The notes: generated by a model not told the origin, from the letters alone. DNA of 64,000 nucleotides from an uncultured Nitrososphaerota archaeon (GCA_963703285.1 OY969807.1:1792001-1856000), one strand, 5' to 3'. Positions 48,345 through 59,106 are shown, counted from the stretch's first letter. A program made the numbers and translations.

Positions 48345-48804
48345 CCTCGTCTTGGCCGGCCCGCACCATCGCGTTCTTGAGGCTCCCGAAGACCTCTTTC
48401 ACCTTCTTCTCCGCGAACCCGTTGAGGACGCTGGAGCCCACCCCGGCCATCACCCCCGTTATTTCGACCTCGGAGACCCACTTCATCTTCGTGGGCACAT
48501 CCCCCTGGAGGTCGAAGTCGCTCGTGATCTTCATGTTGGTGCCGCTCCCCGCCGCCTCGGCGTAGAGCCTCGCGTGCTCCGGCCGCCGCCTGTCCTCTAT
48601 CCTCATCCTGACCGCCATGTCCGCGTTCAGGAAGGATACCCCAACCCTCATCTTCGCCTCGATGTTGCTCTCGTCGATAACCTTCGCCTCTCTGACGTCG
48701 GGGAGTGACTTGGCGAGGAAGGACGAGTCGCTCAGCAGCAGGAAGACCCTCTCCCTCGGAAGGGCAAGCTCCTCCGACCCCTGGAGATGGAGCCGCATGT
48801 TCAT
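48292..48804 (-). CDS. CoxG/SRPBCC family protein
   Basis: PRERVFLLLSD..FLAKSLP and G.MAGVGS.VL. Confidence 0.8.
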   Translation of the reverse strand: MNMRLHLQGSEELALPRERVFLLLSDSSFLAKSLPDVREAKVIDESNIEAKMRVGVSFLNADMAVRMRIEDRRRPEHARLYAEAAGSGTNMKITSDFDLQGDVPTKMKWVSEVEITGVMAGVGSSVLNGFAEKKVKEVFGSLKNAMVRAGQDEATCSPEGSSASSSSPSS

Positions 48805-48906
48805 CCAGCTTCGATGTCGCTCTTTATCCCTTATGATTTGGGTGTTGTCCGCTCCGCGGGAGTTCCCCCACCCACCGTTGGGAGATGCTCGCTCGCCGAA
48901 GGAAGG

Positions 48907-49572
48907 CTAGAAGCCCACGAGCTTGCCGACGAGGGCCACGATCGCTACAGCGTAGACCGAGACATTGTAGAGCCCGAGCAGGAATAGAGCGTCCTTCCAG
49001 GCGGGCGACTCTCTGCTCATGACGGCCAGGTGGTGCATCATCACTACGCTTAGACCTATGAAGATGGAGAGACCCACGGCAAGAAGGCTGATCGTCGAGC
49101 TCTGGATGAGGTAGGCTCCGAGGAACGGGATTGTCCCCCACGTGAGGCCGAACCCCAGGTACGAGTGAACCATCTTCGGATTCTCCCTTGGGTAGGCGAT
49201 GGCCGCGAAGCCCTCGATGACCACGAACGCGAGGAAGACGATGTCCCAGCGCAGCGCCATGTACACCCCCAGGACGATGCCCAGAGCGACGGAGACGAAC
49301 CCTACGGCGAGCATCCCTTTGGGAATCCTGATGTACGGTGAGAACTTCTCCTTGCTCGTCCCGATGTCGATGTAGTGGGCTCCCACGATCAGCCCGAGGA
49401 AGGCCGCGAGGATCGTCAAGAGGTATATCTCGACGCTGAAGCTCGGAGATATCGCCTGCGCAAGGGTCAGCCAGCCCAGGAAGACGAAGCTGAAGGGTGT
49501 CCTGAGACCATAAAGCCAGGTGTTCTTACTCCACGGCCTGATCATATCAGGTTCGACGGGTGGGGTCTCCAA
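48907..49572 (-). CDS. multi-pass membrane protein (UbiA-like superfamily?)
   Basis: ~7 TM helices, AHYID motif; divergent from a UbiE-like methyltransferase. Confidence 0.55.
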   Translation of the reverse strand: METPPVEPDMIRPWSKNTWLYGLRTPFSFVFLGWLTLAQAISPSFSVEIYLLTILAAFLGLIVGAHYIDIGTSKEKFSPYIRIPKGMLAVGFVSVALGIVLGVYMALRWDIVFLAFVVIEGFAAIAYPRENPKMVHSYLGFGLTWGTIPFLGAYLIQSSTISLLAVGLSIFIGLSVVMMHHLAVMSRESPAWKDALFLLGLYNVSVYAVAIVALVGKLVGF

Positions 49573-49627
49573 CCGTCCCGATGGACGTCTTCAGAATATT
49601 TAAGGTATGCCGGCGCGTGCGGGAACC

Positions 49628-50320
49628 ATGAGCCAGGGTCTCCAGCCCCTCGCGAAGAAGATCTTCCAAGGGCTCTCGCCGTCGTACGACAGGGTGCTCG
49701 AGGCAGTCACGCTCCTCCAGGACAGGTACTGGAAGAGGTGGCTCCTCGAGGGGGCCTCTCTGAGAGAAGGTCAGACGATACTCGACGTGGGCTGCGGGAC
49801 TGGGGTCCTGGAGGAGAGCATTGCGGATGGGAGGGTGAAGGTCGTGGGCCTGGACCTCACCGAAGAGATGCTCAGGCTGGCGCAGCACAAGGGTCTGCCA
49901 TCGCTCAGCTCCTTCTGCCTCGGAGACGCGGAGAGGCTACCCTTCAGGGACGGAACCTTCGACGTCGTGCTCTCCTGCTACGTCGTGAAGTACTGCAGCG
50001 CGCAGCTGCTCGCCTCCGAGGCCTCGCGCGTCCTCCGGCGCGGGGGCAGGCTGGTCCTCTACGACTTCTCCCGGCCCAGGGGAGCTTACGCTCCGTTCCT
50101 GGCATTCTACGTCTACGGCGTGCTCAGGATTCTCGGGACGCTCATGCGCCTCGTCGGCTCGAAGGGTGCCTTCACGTACCAGGCTCTCCCCTCGGTGATT
50201 CGCGACCGCCCGTGGGACGAGACGCTCGGCGGGGTCCTCATCTCGGCCGGATTCCGAGATGTCGGGAGAAAGAGCCTCTCAGGCGGGGCGGCCACCGGGT
50301 TCCAGGCGACGAGGTCGTAG
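49628..50320 (+). CDS. UbiE/MenG-like methyltransferase
   Basis: YDRV...QDRYWKR, LDVGCGTG and GDAERLPF. Confidence 0.85.
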   Translation: MSQGLQPLAKKIFQGLSPSYDRVLEAVTLLQDRYWKRWLLEGASLREGQTILDVGCGTGVLEESIADGRVKVVGLDLTEEMLRLAQHKGLPSLSSFCLGDAERLPFRDGTFDVVLSCYVVKYCSAQLLASEASRVLRRGGRLVLYDFSRPRGAYAPFLAFYVYGVLRILGTLMRLVGSKGAFTYQALPSVIRDRPWDETLGGVLISAGFRDVGRKSLSGGAATGFQATRS

Positions 50321-50365
50321 ACGCCCGCCAAACTATTTAGTTCTCCGGGGGACGGGTCCCGCGCA

Positions 50366-50869
50366 ATGTCAGTCGTAAGCGGAGAGGAGGTCGCGGCCTG
50401 CTGCAAGGGCTACGTCAAGATCAACCCGAACGGCGTGGACCTGGCCCCTAAGCAGGTCTCCAAGCTCCCGATGGACGCGACGATTTTCCTTCACGGCGCG
50501 GAGAGGGGATATCTCGGCCAGGGAGGAGAGCTGATTACCATTAAGGAGGACCTGCCGCCAGACGAGGCCGGTTTCTACCGCTTCGAGCGCGGAGCGATGT
50601 ACGAGCTGAGGTTCCCGGAGGTGAGCGTCCCGTCCACGTGCACCGGCGTCGCGTTCCCGCGCTCCACGATGAACAGGCTGGGAATCGTGAAGCTGGAATC
50701 AGCGGTCTTCGACAGCGGCTACCGGGGCGAGCCGACGCAGGTGATACTCACGCCGATTCGCGCCCAGGTCCACCGCGACGAGGCGATGGTCCAGCTCGTC
50801 TTCTTCAGGAACGAGAAGCAGTCGAGCAACCTCTACTCGGGCTTCTACCAGAACGAGAAGGGGAGGTAG
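50366..50869 (+). CDS. dut: trimeric dUTPase/dCTP deaminase family protein
   Basis: NPNGVDL, PRSTMNRLG, FDSGYRG and YSGFYQ. Confidence 0.85.
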   Translation: MSVVSGEEVAACCKGYVKINPNGVDLAPKQVSKLPMDATIFLHGAERGYLGQGGELITIKEDLPPDEAGFYRFERGAMYELRFPEVSVPSTCTGVAFPRSTMNRLGIVKLESAVFDSGYRGEPTQVILTPIRAQVHRDEAMVQLVFFRNEKQSSNLYSGFYQNEKGR

Positions 50870-50873
50870 CGGG

Positions 50874-51575
50874 TCACTTCTTGCCGGGAAGAACCACATC
50901 ACGGTAGTACCTGCAGCTGGCCGTGATGGTGCAGATGTCGCACCGCGGCCCGACGGGCTTGCACGTCGTCTGCCCGAACCTCACGAAGAGCTCGTTCAAC
51001 TCCAGCCAGTACCTCTTGGGAATCGACTTGGTCAGCTCGGCCTCCGTCTCCTCGGGCGTCTTGGTCTGGACGAGCCCGAGCCGGTTGGCAATCCTGTGCA
51101 CGTGCGTATCGACCGGTATCGCCGGCTTGTTGAACCCGTAGACGAGGACGCAGTTGGCTGTCTTCCTCCCGACCGCGTGAAGGGTGAGCAGGTCGTCGAT
51201 GTCGTCGGGTACCCTTCCGCCGAATTCCTCTACAATCTGCTTGGCGACCCTGATGACGTTCCTCGCCTTGACGTTGTAGAATCCGACAGACCTTATGAGC
51301 TTCCTGACCGTTCTTGGATTTGCGCTCGCGAGCTTCTCCGGCGTGTCGTAGACCGAGAACAGGCTCTCGGTCGCCCTCCTCGTGCTCTCGTCCCTCGTCC
51401 GGTGGGAAAGGACCGTGCCTATGAGAATCCTGAAGGGGTCTCCCCCCTCCGCCGACCGGAGCTCTCCCAGGGCGGTGGCGCGCTTGTCCTCGCTCGAATC
51501 GACCATCTTCCTGATTCGTCCGAGCAGGAACCCTATCCTAGGTCTTTGGTCACCCATGGCTCTTTCCTGTACCAT
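50874..51575 (-). CDS. nth: endonuclease III
   Basis: HhH VGRKTAN, VDTHV and Cx6Cx2Cx5C 4Fe-4S motif. Confidence 0.97.
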   Translation of the reverse strand: MVQERAMGDQRPRIGFLLGRIRKMVDSSEDKRATALGELRSAEGGDPFRILIGTVLSHRTRDESTRRATESLFSVYDTPEKLASANPRTVRKLIRSVGFYNVKARNVIRVAKQIVEEFGGRVPDDIDDLLTLHAVGRKTANCVLVYGFNKPAIPVDTHVHRIANRLGLVQTKTPEETEAELTKSIPKRYWLELNELFVRFGQTTCKPVGPRCDICTITASCRYYRDVVLPGKK

Positions 51576-52477
51576 GCAGACACCTCAGCTACCGTCCTCC
51601 CCAGGTCGAAACCGGGCGAGTAGGCAATTCTCTTCCACGAGTCCTGTTCCTCGAGCGTCAGCCCTGCCCTCATCTCCTCAGCGCCGTACTGCGGAACCTC
51701 GCCTCTCCCTGAAAGGACACCCTGCTGCTTGACCTCGACCCTCTTGTCCTCGGCCCTCGCCAGGGACCTCGCTAGCTCTTCGGCGCTGACATCGAAGGAC
51801 TTCACCTGGAACGGTGCCGGCTCGGCCGCCGAGTTCGCCGCTCTGAGGAGCGCCTGAGCGACGTCCTTGGGATGGGTGACAGAGATTTTGGCCGAGCCTC
51901 CGGAGGGCAGGACGACCTTTCCCCTCTCGATCATCTTCAGGATGGGGATGACGATGCCAGGGTCCCTCGAACCGACTGCCTTCGCCGCCCTGACCACTCG
52001 GACCTGCATCTCGGGGTGCCTCTTGCCAAACTCCAACACCATGGCCTCGCCCTCGAGCTTCGACCTCTGGTACTCGTCGCTCGGCTTCGGCGTCCTCTCC
52101 TTCCCTATCACACCTCCCGGCCGGAACCCGTAGACGTCCAGCGTGCTGAGGTGGACGAAGGTCTTCACCTCGTGCTCGCCCGCCTCCTCGAGCAGGTTTG
52201 CGAGACCCTTCCCGTTGAACTCGGCGTACTCCTCGGGCGACCTTCCCGGCGGAGGGGAGGCCAGGCTGTAGACCACGTCGACCATGTCCAGGGGCTCGTG
52301 CAGGCTGTGCCTGTCCATAAGGTCGGCCTCCAGGCACTGGACGCCGCACTGGTCCAGGATTCTCAGGTGCGACCCCTTCCTGAAGATGCCCTTCGAGATC
52401 TCACCCTCGGCGAAGAAGTACTCCGCAAGGTGCCCCCCGATGAACCCGGTGCCTCCGACGATGAGGTTCGTCTTCCT
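51533..52477 (-). CDS. NAD-dependent epimerase/dehydratase (start codon not evident)
   Basis: In-frame upstream extension [15 protein letters not shown]; HLSTLDVYG; YQRSK. Confidence 0.85.
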   Translation of the reverse strand, partial: RKTNLIVGGTGFIGGHLAEYFFAEGEISKGIFRKGSHLRILDQCGVQCLEADLMDRHSLHEPLDMVDVVYSLASPPPGRSPEEYAEFNGKGLANLLEEAGEHEVKTFVHLSTLDVYGFRPGGVIGKERTPKPSDEYQRSKLEGEAMVLEFGKRHPEMQVRVVRAAKAVGSRDPGIVIPILKMIERGKVVLPSGGSAKISVTHPKDVAQALLRAANSAAEPAPFQVKSFDVSAEELARSLARAEDKRVEVKQQGVLSGRGEVPQYGAEEMRAGLTLEEQDSWKRIAYSPGFDLGRTVAEVSAWYRKEPWVTKDLG

Positions 52478-52487
52478 GCCCCCGGAC

Positions 52488-52793
52488 CTACGACGGAGGG
52501 TCCTTCCCTTCCTTCGGCTTTATCTCGAAGTCTCCGCTGACGAGCTTCATCTGGAGGTCCTCCTCGAACTCGGGGAGGCTACCAACGAGCGCCTCCAGCT
52601 TCTTCTTGGACGCGGGCGAGAGGCGAGGCGCGACGTTCTGCCCCCCGTACCGCCCGTACGCTATGCCCGTGAACCGAATCTTCTGCCCCCCCACGTCGAT
52701 GTACCCTCGCAGAATGTTCGCAATCTCCCCTCCGGTGACCTCGTCTATCACCACGCCGTAGGTTGGGAGGTTGCTCCTTCTCTCGGGTCTCAA
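52488..52793 (-). CDS. conserved-looking hypothetical protein (101 aa)
   Basis: Clean ORF containing RFTGIAYGRYGGQNV. Confidence 0.6.
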   Translation of the reverse strand: MRPERRSNLPTYGVVIDEVTGGEIANILRGYIDVGGQKIRFTGIAYGRYGGQNVAPRLSPASKKKLEALVGSLPEFEEDLQMKLVSGDFEIKPKEGKDPPS

Positions 52794-52835
52794 GGTTTCG
52801 AGCGTTGCGGAATCGAGCTATATGAACGGTGTCTC

Positions 52836-53291
52836 TCACTCTGAGACGAGCGGGTACCTGAAATCCTCCTTGTAGGTGTTCAGGACGAGGTGGGTGTTGG
52901 TCCGCTCGACGTGGGGGATGGTCAGGAGCTCCTTGGCGAACTTGCTGACCTCGTCTCTGTTCCTGAACTTCGAGACGACTATGCTGTCCTCGATTCCCGT
53001 GACGTCGTAGACGGCGCAGACCGAGCTCATCTTCGCGATCCTCTCCTGAACCTCGACGAGCTTGCCCTTCGAGACGGTGACCTCGGTGATGGTCGTGATC
53101 TCGTACCCCAGCTTCTCCTGGTTCGTCAGCACCGAATATCCCTTCACTATGCCCTCGCCCTCCATCTTCCTCACTCTCTGGGCCACCGTGACCACGGAGA
53201 CGCCCGTCTTCTTGGCGAGGTCCCTGAAGGACTGGCGCCCGTCAATCTCAAGCTCCTTGAGCAGCGACCTGTCCAGATTGTCCAGTTTCAT
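52836..53291 (-). CDS. Lrp/AsnC family regulator
   Basis: LDNLDRSLL..L..DGRQSFRDLA, YDVTG and VERTNT. Confidence 0.95.
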   Translation of the reverse strand: MKLDNLDRSLLKELEIDGRQSFRDLAKKTGVSVVTVAQRVRKMEGEGIVKGYSVLTNQEKLGYEITTITEVTVSKGKLVEVQERIAKMSSVCAVYDVTGIEDSIVVSKFRNRDEVSKFAKELLTIPHVERTNTHLVLNTYKEDFRYPLVSE

Positions 53292-53406
53292 CTGTGAACA
53301 GGAAGCCCATGATACCACCCATTTGATAAGTGTTTTTATGTATCAACTTGGACGAATGTAAGACAACGGAGCAAAACTTATAACCGCAGATTTGGGATGC
53401 GGTCCA

Positions 53407-54870
53407 ATGCCTTTCGACACGACGACAAAAGGCTATGTTCCTAGAGTCAGGACTCCGAAACAGATAGTTGACGCGGTGGCTTCAAAGGGCGTAAGGTTCA
53501 TCGACCTGCAGTTCGCCGACGTTCCGGGCCGGACCCAGCACGTCACCATCTCGAACAAGATGCTGGAGGTGGAGACGTTCAAGGACGGCATCCCGAAGCT
53601 CGACGGGTCTTCCATCAAGGGTTTCGCGGAGATCTTCGACTCCGACATGCTCCTGCTCCCTGACCCTTCGACCTACGGGGTCATCCCCTGGGGCGACGAG
53701 CGCTTTCCGACGGCGAGGATGATCTGCGACGTTCACTGGGGTTATCAGAAGGGGAGGTTCTCGCGGGATCCGCGCTTCGTCGCACAGAAGGCAGAGGACG
53801 CTATCAAGTCCGCCGGTTTCACTAACTCCTACTGGGGGCCGGAGATGGAGTTCTTCGTCTTCGACTCGGCAACCTGGGACGTCTCGAGCCCGTTCGGGAC
53901 CAGCCACAAGATTACATCCGTGGAGTCTGCCAACGAGGCCCGCGGCACAAACTATCCGATAAGGTTCAAGGAAGGGTACTACCCCACGCCGCCGTCGGAC
54001 ACCCTCCAAGACTACAGAAGCGAGGTCGCGTACCACCTCGACGAGTCTTTCGGCATCATCAACGACGCGCACCACCACGAAGTGGCGACCGCGGGGCAGT
54101 GCGAGATCAACATCTACCGGGATACACTCACAGCGATGGCAGACAGCATCCTCACCTACAAGTACGTGATAAAGAACGTCGCTTCGAAGAGGGGGATGAT
54201 AGCGACGATAATGCCGAAGCCGATCTTCGGCGACAACGCATCTGGGATGCACGTCTCCTCGAGTCTCTGGAAAGGGGACACGAACGCCTTCTATGACGAG
54301 AAGGACGATTACGCGAACCTCTCCCAGACCGGGAGGTACTACGTAGGGGGGCTCCTGGCACACAGCAGGGCGCTTTGCGCGATCACCAACCCGACCACCA
54401 ACTCGTACAGGAGATTGGTGCCGGGCTACGAGGCCCCCGTCTACGTGGCCTGGAGCAGAGGCAACCGCTCCGCGAACGTGAGGATCCCGCTCCACTACAA
54501 GGGGAAGTCCGGCATGAAGGTGAAGAGGGCAGAGTTCAGAACGCCAGACCCGTCCACCAACCCGTATCTGGCATTCGCGGCCATCGCCTCGGCCGGCCTC
54601 GATGGCATTAAGCACAAGCTCGACCCGGGGGACCCGGTAAACGAAGACATCTACGAGCTGACGCCGAAGAAGAGGAAGGAGCTGGGCGTCAAGGAGCTCC
54701 CAGGAAGCCTCCTCGAGGCGATCGAGTGCCTCAAGAGCGACTCGTCCTTCCTCAAGGGCGTCTTCTCGGACGACCTCGTGGAGATGATGATTGAGCTCGA
54801 GATGGCCAACTACCGCGCGGTATCAGCGAGGCCGCACCCGTACGAGTTCTATCTGTACTTCGACATATGA
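53407..54870 (+). CDS. glnA: glutamine synthetase type I
   Basis: DGSSIKGF, GPEMEFF, HHHEVA, SGMH, SYRRLVPGYEAP and EFRTPD. Confidence 0.98.
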   Translation: MPFDTTTKGYVPRVRTPKQIVDAVASKGVRFIDLQFADVPGRTQHVTISNKMLEVETFKDGIPKLDGSSIKGFAEIFDSDMLLLPDPSTYGVIPWGDERFPTARMICDVHWGYQKGRFSRDPRFVAQKAEDAIKSAGFTNSYWGPEMEFFVFDSATWDVSSPFGTSHKITSVESANEARGTNYPIRFKEGYYPTPPSDTLQDYRSEVAYHLDESFGIINDAHHHEVATAGQCEINIYRDTLTAMADSILTYKYVIKNVASKRGMIATIMPKPIFGDNASGMHVSSSLWKGDTNAFYDEKDDYANLSQTGRYYVGGLLAHSRALCAITNPTTNSYRRLVPGYEAPVYVAWSRGNRSANVRIPLHYKGKSGMKVKRAEFRTPDPSTNPYLAFAAIASAGLDGIKHKLDPGDPVNEDIYELTPKKRKELGVKELPGSLLEAIECLKSDSSFLKGVFSDDLVEMMIELEMANYRAVSARPHPYEFYLYFDI

Positions 54871-54904
54871 AAGGCAAGTTCTACCCGTTCTGGTCTAGAG
54901 AATC

Positions 54905-56068
54905 ATGGCTACAGAGAAGCGCGGTACAAGCGAAAGTCGAAGGAGCCAGTTGCGCGACGCTACCAGAGTGATTCGGGCCGGCCTTCCGCCGGCGTCGCAG
55001 GGGGACCCCTTCCTGCCCGGTCCCACATTTGCCAGCGCCTACCATTTCAGCGGAGAACCAAGCTCCTCCCCATACACGTATGGGAGATACCACAATCCAA
55101 CTTGGACTCATTTTGAGCAGGCTCTGAGCGAGCTGGAGGGGGGACCTTCGGTCGTTTTCGCGTCGGGGATGGCGGGAGTAATGGCCGTCTTCGGAACTGC
55201 GCTGCGCTCCCACGGCCGCGGCAACGTCGTAGTGATGCCGAGCGACGGCTACTATACTGCGCGTGCGCTGGCGAGCGGATACCTCTCACTATCGGGAATC
55301 GAAACGCGTTTGGCACCCACCGGTGGCGATGCGCAATTGGAAAAGCTAGAAGGAGCAACCTTGCTGTGGCTCGAAACACCCTGCAACCCAGGGCTTGATG
55401 TATGTGACTTGTCGAAGCTTATCGAAGCTGCCCATCGTCGAGGCGCGGTTGTCGCCGTGGACAACACGACTGCGACCGTTCTCGGCCAGAAGCCGTTGGA
55501 ATTTGGGGCGGATTTCTCGATTTCTAGCGATTCAAAGGCGCTTACAGGACACAACGACCTCACGTTGGGCCACGTTGCTACCCGCGAGCAATCGTGGGCC
55601 GACGAGCTTAGGACCTTCAGAACGCAACAGGGAGCTGTTCCCGGACCGATGGAAGTATGGCTCGCGCACCGCTCTCTCGCTACCCTGAGCTTGCGATTGG
55701 AGCGGCAATGTGAGAACGCCCTAGGAATTGCGAAATTCCTTACGAAGAGACCGGAAGTGCACCATGTCAGGTATCCGGGACTCCCGCAAGATCTGTCGTA
55801 CAGGATAGCCTCTCACCAGATGAAATACTTCGGGCCGATAGTGAGCTTCGTCCTGGAAAGCAAGCAGATGGCCGACCACTTCCTCGAATCCTGCAACCTT
55901 ATCATCAATGCAACGAGTTTCGGAGGGATTCATAGCAGCGCCGAGAGGCGCGCGCGATGGGGAGGCGATGCCATTCCCGAAGGATTCATTCGACTCAGCG
56001 CTGGCTGCGAAGATCTGCGAGATATCCTCGAGGATTTGACCCAGGCGCTCGATAACCTCTCTCATTGA
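54905..56068 (+). CDS. cystathionine gamma-lyase (PLP-dependent transsulfuration enzyme)
   Basis: YGRYHNPTW, FASGMA, ETPCNP, VDNT, SDSKALTGH and ATSFGG. Confidence 0.92.
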   Translation: MATEKRGTSESRRSQLRDATRVIRAGLPPASQGDPFLPGPTFASAYHFSGEPSSSPYTYGRYHNPTWTHFEQALSELEGGPSVVFASGMAGVMAVFGTALRSHGRGNVVVMPSDGYYTARALASGYLSLSGIETRLAPTGGDAQLEKLEGATLLWLETPCNPGLDVCDLSKLIEAAHRRGAVVAVDNTTATVLGQKPLEFGADFSISSDSKALTGHNDLTLGHVATREQSWADELRTFRTQQGAVPGPMEVWLAHRSLATLSLRLERQCENALGIAKFLTKRPEVHHVRYPGLPQDLSYRIASHQMKYFGPIVSFVLESKQMADHFLESCNLIINATSFGGIHSSAERRARWGGDAIPEGFIRLSAGCEDLRDILEDLTQALDNLSH

Positions 56069-56413
56069 TTACTCGTGATACTTCAAACAAAGCATTCGAA
56101 CCTTTGGACTATCACACTTTTGGTTCAAGATTCCTTCAGCATTCTCGCATACTCCAGATACTTCGGCACATGAAACTTGAGTTCTATCTGTCCTGAGTTG
56201 AAGGACACTTTTGGATAGGTAGAACTCACTGTTTTCCAGATTCCCAATAGTCCGGACACGAGGAGGGCAATGGAAAGTCTCGACAACGATCATCATTCTT
56301 CCGGTGAATACTTGCCGAAATCCGCTTCTTCTAATCTCGTTTCACCAAAGACGCTATCCGCGCGAGCCATAACACTATAAGGTCACCTGCCTGGAGTTAC
56401 AACCATCGGGGGT

Positions 56414-57364
56414 GTGATTGTGAGTCGGCAGGCGTCTGAACAGGCAATCACAGTCCAACACCTCGTAAAAAGGTACGGGGATTTCGTCGCGGTCAACGAT
56501 GTGTCCTTCTCGATAAAGCAGGGCGAAATCTTTGGAATCATAGGCCCCAACGGCGCCGGCAAGACCACCACCGTGGAATGCATCTCGGGGCTGCGCACGC
56601 CGGATTCGGGCTCGATCAGCATCTACGGACTCTCTCCCCATAAGGACAGGAACAGGATAAGGGAGTTTCTCGGCGTTCAGCTGCAGGAGAGCTCGATGCC
56701 TCCGCGCCTCAAGGTGGGCGAAGCGGTGGACCTCTTCGCCTCTTTCTATCCGAACCCAGTGGACCCGAATGGCCTGCTCGAGACCCTCGGGATAAGCAAC
56801 GTCAAGAATTCCATATACAAGAACCTGTCTGGTGGCCAGAAGCAGAGGCTGTCGATAGCGCTCGCCTTGGTCGGGGACCCGAAGATTGCCATACTGGATG
56901 AGCTGACCACGGGGCTCGACCCGGAAGCCAGGCGCGAGACGTGGGCCCTCATAGAGAGCATCAGAGACCGCGGCGTCACCGTGATACTCGTGACCCACTT
57001 CATGGACGAAGCGGAGAGATTGTGCGACCGTCTCGCCCTGATCAACCACGGCAAGCTCGCGGTGTTGGATACGCCCGAAGCGATTGCCGCGATGGCAGGA
57101 GGCAACAGAGTGCGATTTGTTCCTTCGCAAACAGTTGACGACAAGACTCTGTACGCCATACCTGGTGTGGCTGAGGTTGAGAGAAAAGAAAGATACATCA
57201 CTGTTACCGGTACCGGCGATCTGGCAGCATCCGTCATCAATTCACTTGCGAGAATTGGAGTGCACGTCTCCGAGATAGAAGCAAGAAGAGGGAACCTCGA
57301 CGACGCGTTCGTGAAGCTGACCAGGGACGACGCGTCCAGCCCTTCAGGAGGGGCCCAACCATGA
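56414..57364 (+). CDS. ABC transporter ATP-binding protein
   Basis: GPNGAGKTT, LSGGQKQR and DELTTGLD. Confidence 0.95.
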   Translation: MIVSRQASEQAITVQHLVKRYGDFVAVNDVSFSIKQGEIFGIIGPNGAGKTTTVECISGLRTPDSGSISIYGLSPHKDRNRIREFLGVQLQESSMPPRLKVGEAVDLFASFYPNPVDPNGLLETLGISNVKNSIYKNLSGGQKQRLSIALALVGDPKIAILDELTTGLDPEARRETWALIESIRDRGVTVILVTHFMDEAERLCDRLALINHGKLAVLDTPEAIAAMAGGNRVRFVPSQTVDDKTLYAIPGVAEVERKERYITVTGTGDLAASVINSLARIGVHVSEIEARRGNLDDAFVKLTRDDASSPSGGAQP

Positions 57365-58140
57365 CCTCGGTCCCGGGCGAATCGAAAGAGAAGGAATCAC
57401 GAGGCCACTTCTCCGAACTCCTCAAGGTCGAGGGACGGCTCGCCATGCGAGAACGGACAGGGTTGTTCATGGGAATCGGGGTTCCGATCATCTTGCTCGC
57501 AGTATTCGGACTCGTCGGAATAGCAAGCCCAGGGGACGTCCCCGGTACAAGCTATACGGTCATTGAGCTGTACGTTCCAGTAATCATGGTCATGGAATTT
57601 CTGTTTCTTGGAATCTATCTCATGCCTATCACCATGGTGAGGTACCGCGAGATCGGGTGGCTGCGAAGAGTTTCAGTGACTCCAGTGCCTCCCTCGAGAC
57701 TACTCGCAGCCCAGTTTGTCGTCAACCTTGTGCTTGCCTTGACGGGAATCCTGATTGTCATCCTTGGAAGCGAATTGATCTTCGGGGCGTCGCTTGACGT
57801 AGGTATCCCATATTTTGTTCTCTCAATCGTTCTCTCGATTGCCGAGATATTTTCTCTCGGGTTGATTGTTGCGGCCCTCGTTCCCTCACAGTCGCTAGCA
57901 GGCGGCGTGTCCGGAGGGTTGCTCTTTCTCATGTTTTTCCTTGCAGGCCTCTGGGTTCCGCCTGCCACAGTGGGCGGGCCGTTGGCGACGATAATGTACT
58001 ATTCTCCGTCTGGCGCAGCGGCGCAGGCCCTGCTTTACTCGGTCTTCAATACCACCCCACCATGTACGGCAATAGTTACCATGGTCATTTACGCGCTCGT
58101 CTTCTCATTCATAGCGACCCGTTACTTCCGCTGGGAGTGA
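57361..58140 (+). CDS. ABC-2 type permease
   Basis: YREIGWLRR...TP and FRWE ending. Confidence 0.92.
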   Translation: MTSVPGESKEKESRGHFSELLKVEGRLAMRERTGLFMGIGVPIILLAVFGLVGIASPGDVPGTSYTVIELYVPVIMVMEFLFLGIYLMPITMVRYREIGWLRRVSVTPVPPSRLLAAQFVVNLVLALTGILIVILGSELIFGASLDVGIPYFVLSIVLSIAEIFSLGLIVAALVPSQSLAGGVSGGLLFLMFFLAGLWVPPATVGGPLATIMYYSPSGAAAQALLYSVFNTTPPCTAIVTMVIYALVFSFIATRYFRWE

Positions 58141-58173
58141 CCCGAAGCAGACTCGCAGGCCAGTGCCAGTAAC

Positions 58174-58800
58174 CTAGGGCCGCTCCGCCGCCCCGATCAG
58201 ATCCACGAAGACGACGGGCGCCTCTCCCACCGTCCATGCGTCGTGACCCGCGGGCACATCGAACGCGTCGCCTGGCCCCACCTCCAGCTTCGTCCCGTCG
58301 TTCATCAGGAAACCCATGCGACCGGAGATGACGTAGCCGACGTGACGTATCTCACAGGTGTCGGTCTTCATCAAGGGCTTCATAGATGTGGTCCACTTCC
58401 AACCAGGCTCGAGGGTGCGAATCCCAAACGGGAAATCGTCCATGACGAAGAGCTGGAGTCTCGCCTTCGGCGTATCCTTGACCTCATCCGGTTCGTTGAA
58501 ACTCTTCTTGATGGCGGTCATCCGCCTAGTCTCTCCCCTCCTGCTGACCGTCCGGCCTATGCGGACGACCAACCGCGTGTAGTCTCTTTCGTGCGTCGAT
58601 TCGATGACGCTGTTGCCGCTCTTCTTGGCCCAGGCCTTCACGTCCTTCTCGATGTCGGGTTCGGTCGCCCGAAGCTCGATTTCGTCCCCGACCTTGGCTG
58701 CGCTCCACGCCTTGGTAAGGTCTATCAGAGGCGTCGGAGGGCACCAATTACCCCTCGAATCAACGATTTTGCGCATTTCGCGCTCCGACTGGTTCTTCAT
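58174..58800 (-). CDS. TusA-like sulfur carrier fused to a cupin domain
   Basis: VDSRGNWCPPTP...DVKAWA, then LEPGWKW, C..RHVGYVISG and PAGHDAW. Confidence 0.8.
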   Translation of the reverse strand: MKNQSEREMRKIVDSRGNWCPPTPLIDLTKAWSAAKVGDEIELRATEPDIEKDVKAWAKKSGNSVIESTHERDYTRLVVRIGRTVSRRGETRRMTAIKKSFNEPDEVKDTPKARLQLFVMDDFPFGIRTLEPGWKWTTSMKPLMKTDTCEIRHVGYVISGRMGFLMNDGTKLEVGPGDAFDVPAGHDAWTVGEAPVVFVDLIGAAERP

Positions 58801-58851
58801 CCCTGATTCACACGCTGATTCTTGATGCTTGGTTAAAAGCCTTGGTAGGCG

Positions 58852-59061
58852 CTATGTGCTCGCTCGTTTCTGCCCGTTCTCCGCCTCGATTCTCGCTTCT
58901 ACTGCCTCGAGCCGTCTCTCGAGAATCCTCTTTTCCTCTTCCAGGTACTCGCGACGGTCTTCGGGCGCGGGATCGGCGTAGTATCGCCACCTAGATTGGT
59001 GGCATCCATAGTGGGGGTGCTCTCTACTGCAACCCCACTCTTCGTGGCAGTGACCACACAT
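58852..59061 (-). CDS. small Cys/His-rich coiled-coil protein (DUF5320-like)
   Basis: MCGHCH...HPHYGCH followed by EYLEEEKRILERRL. Confidence 0.7.
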   Translation of the reverse strand: MCGHCHEEWGCSREHPHYGCHQSRWRYYADPAPEDRREYLEEEKRILERRLEAVEARIEAENGQKRAST

Positions 59062-59106
59062 TCTTACTCACTCCTCGGCAGGGAGCCCACCTTGCTATTA
59101 ATAAAC

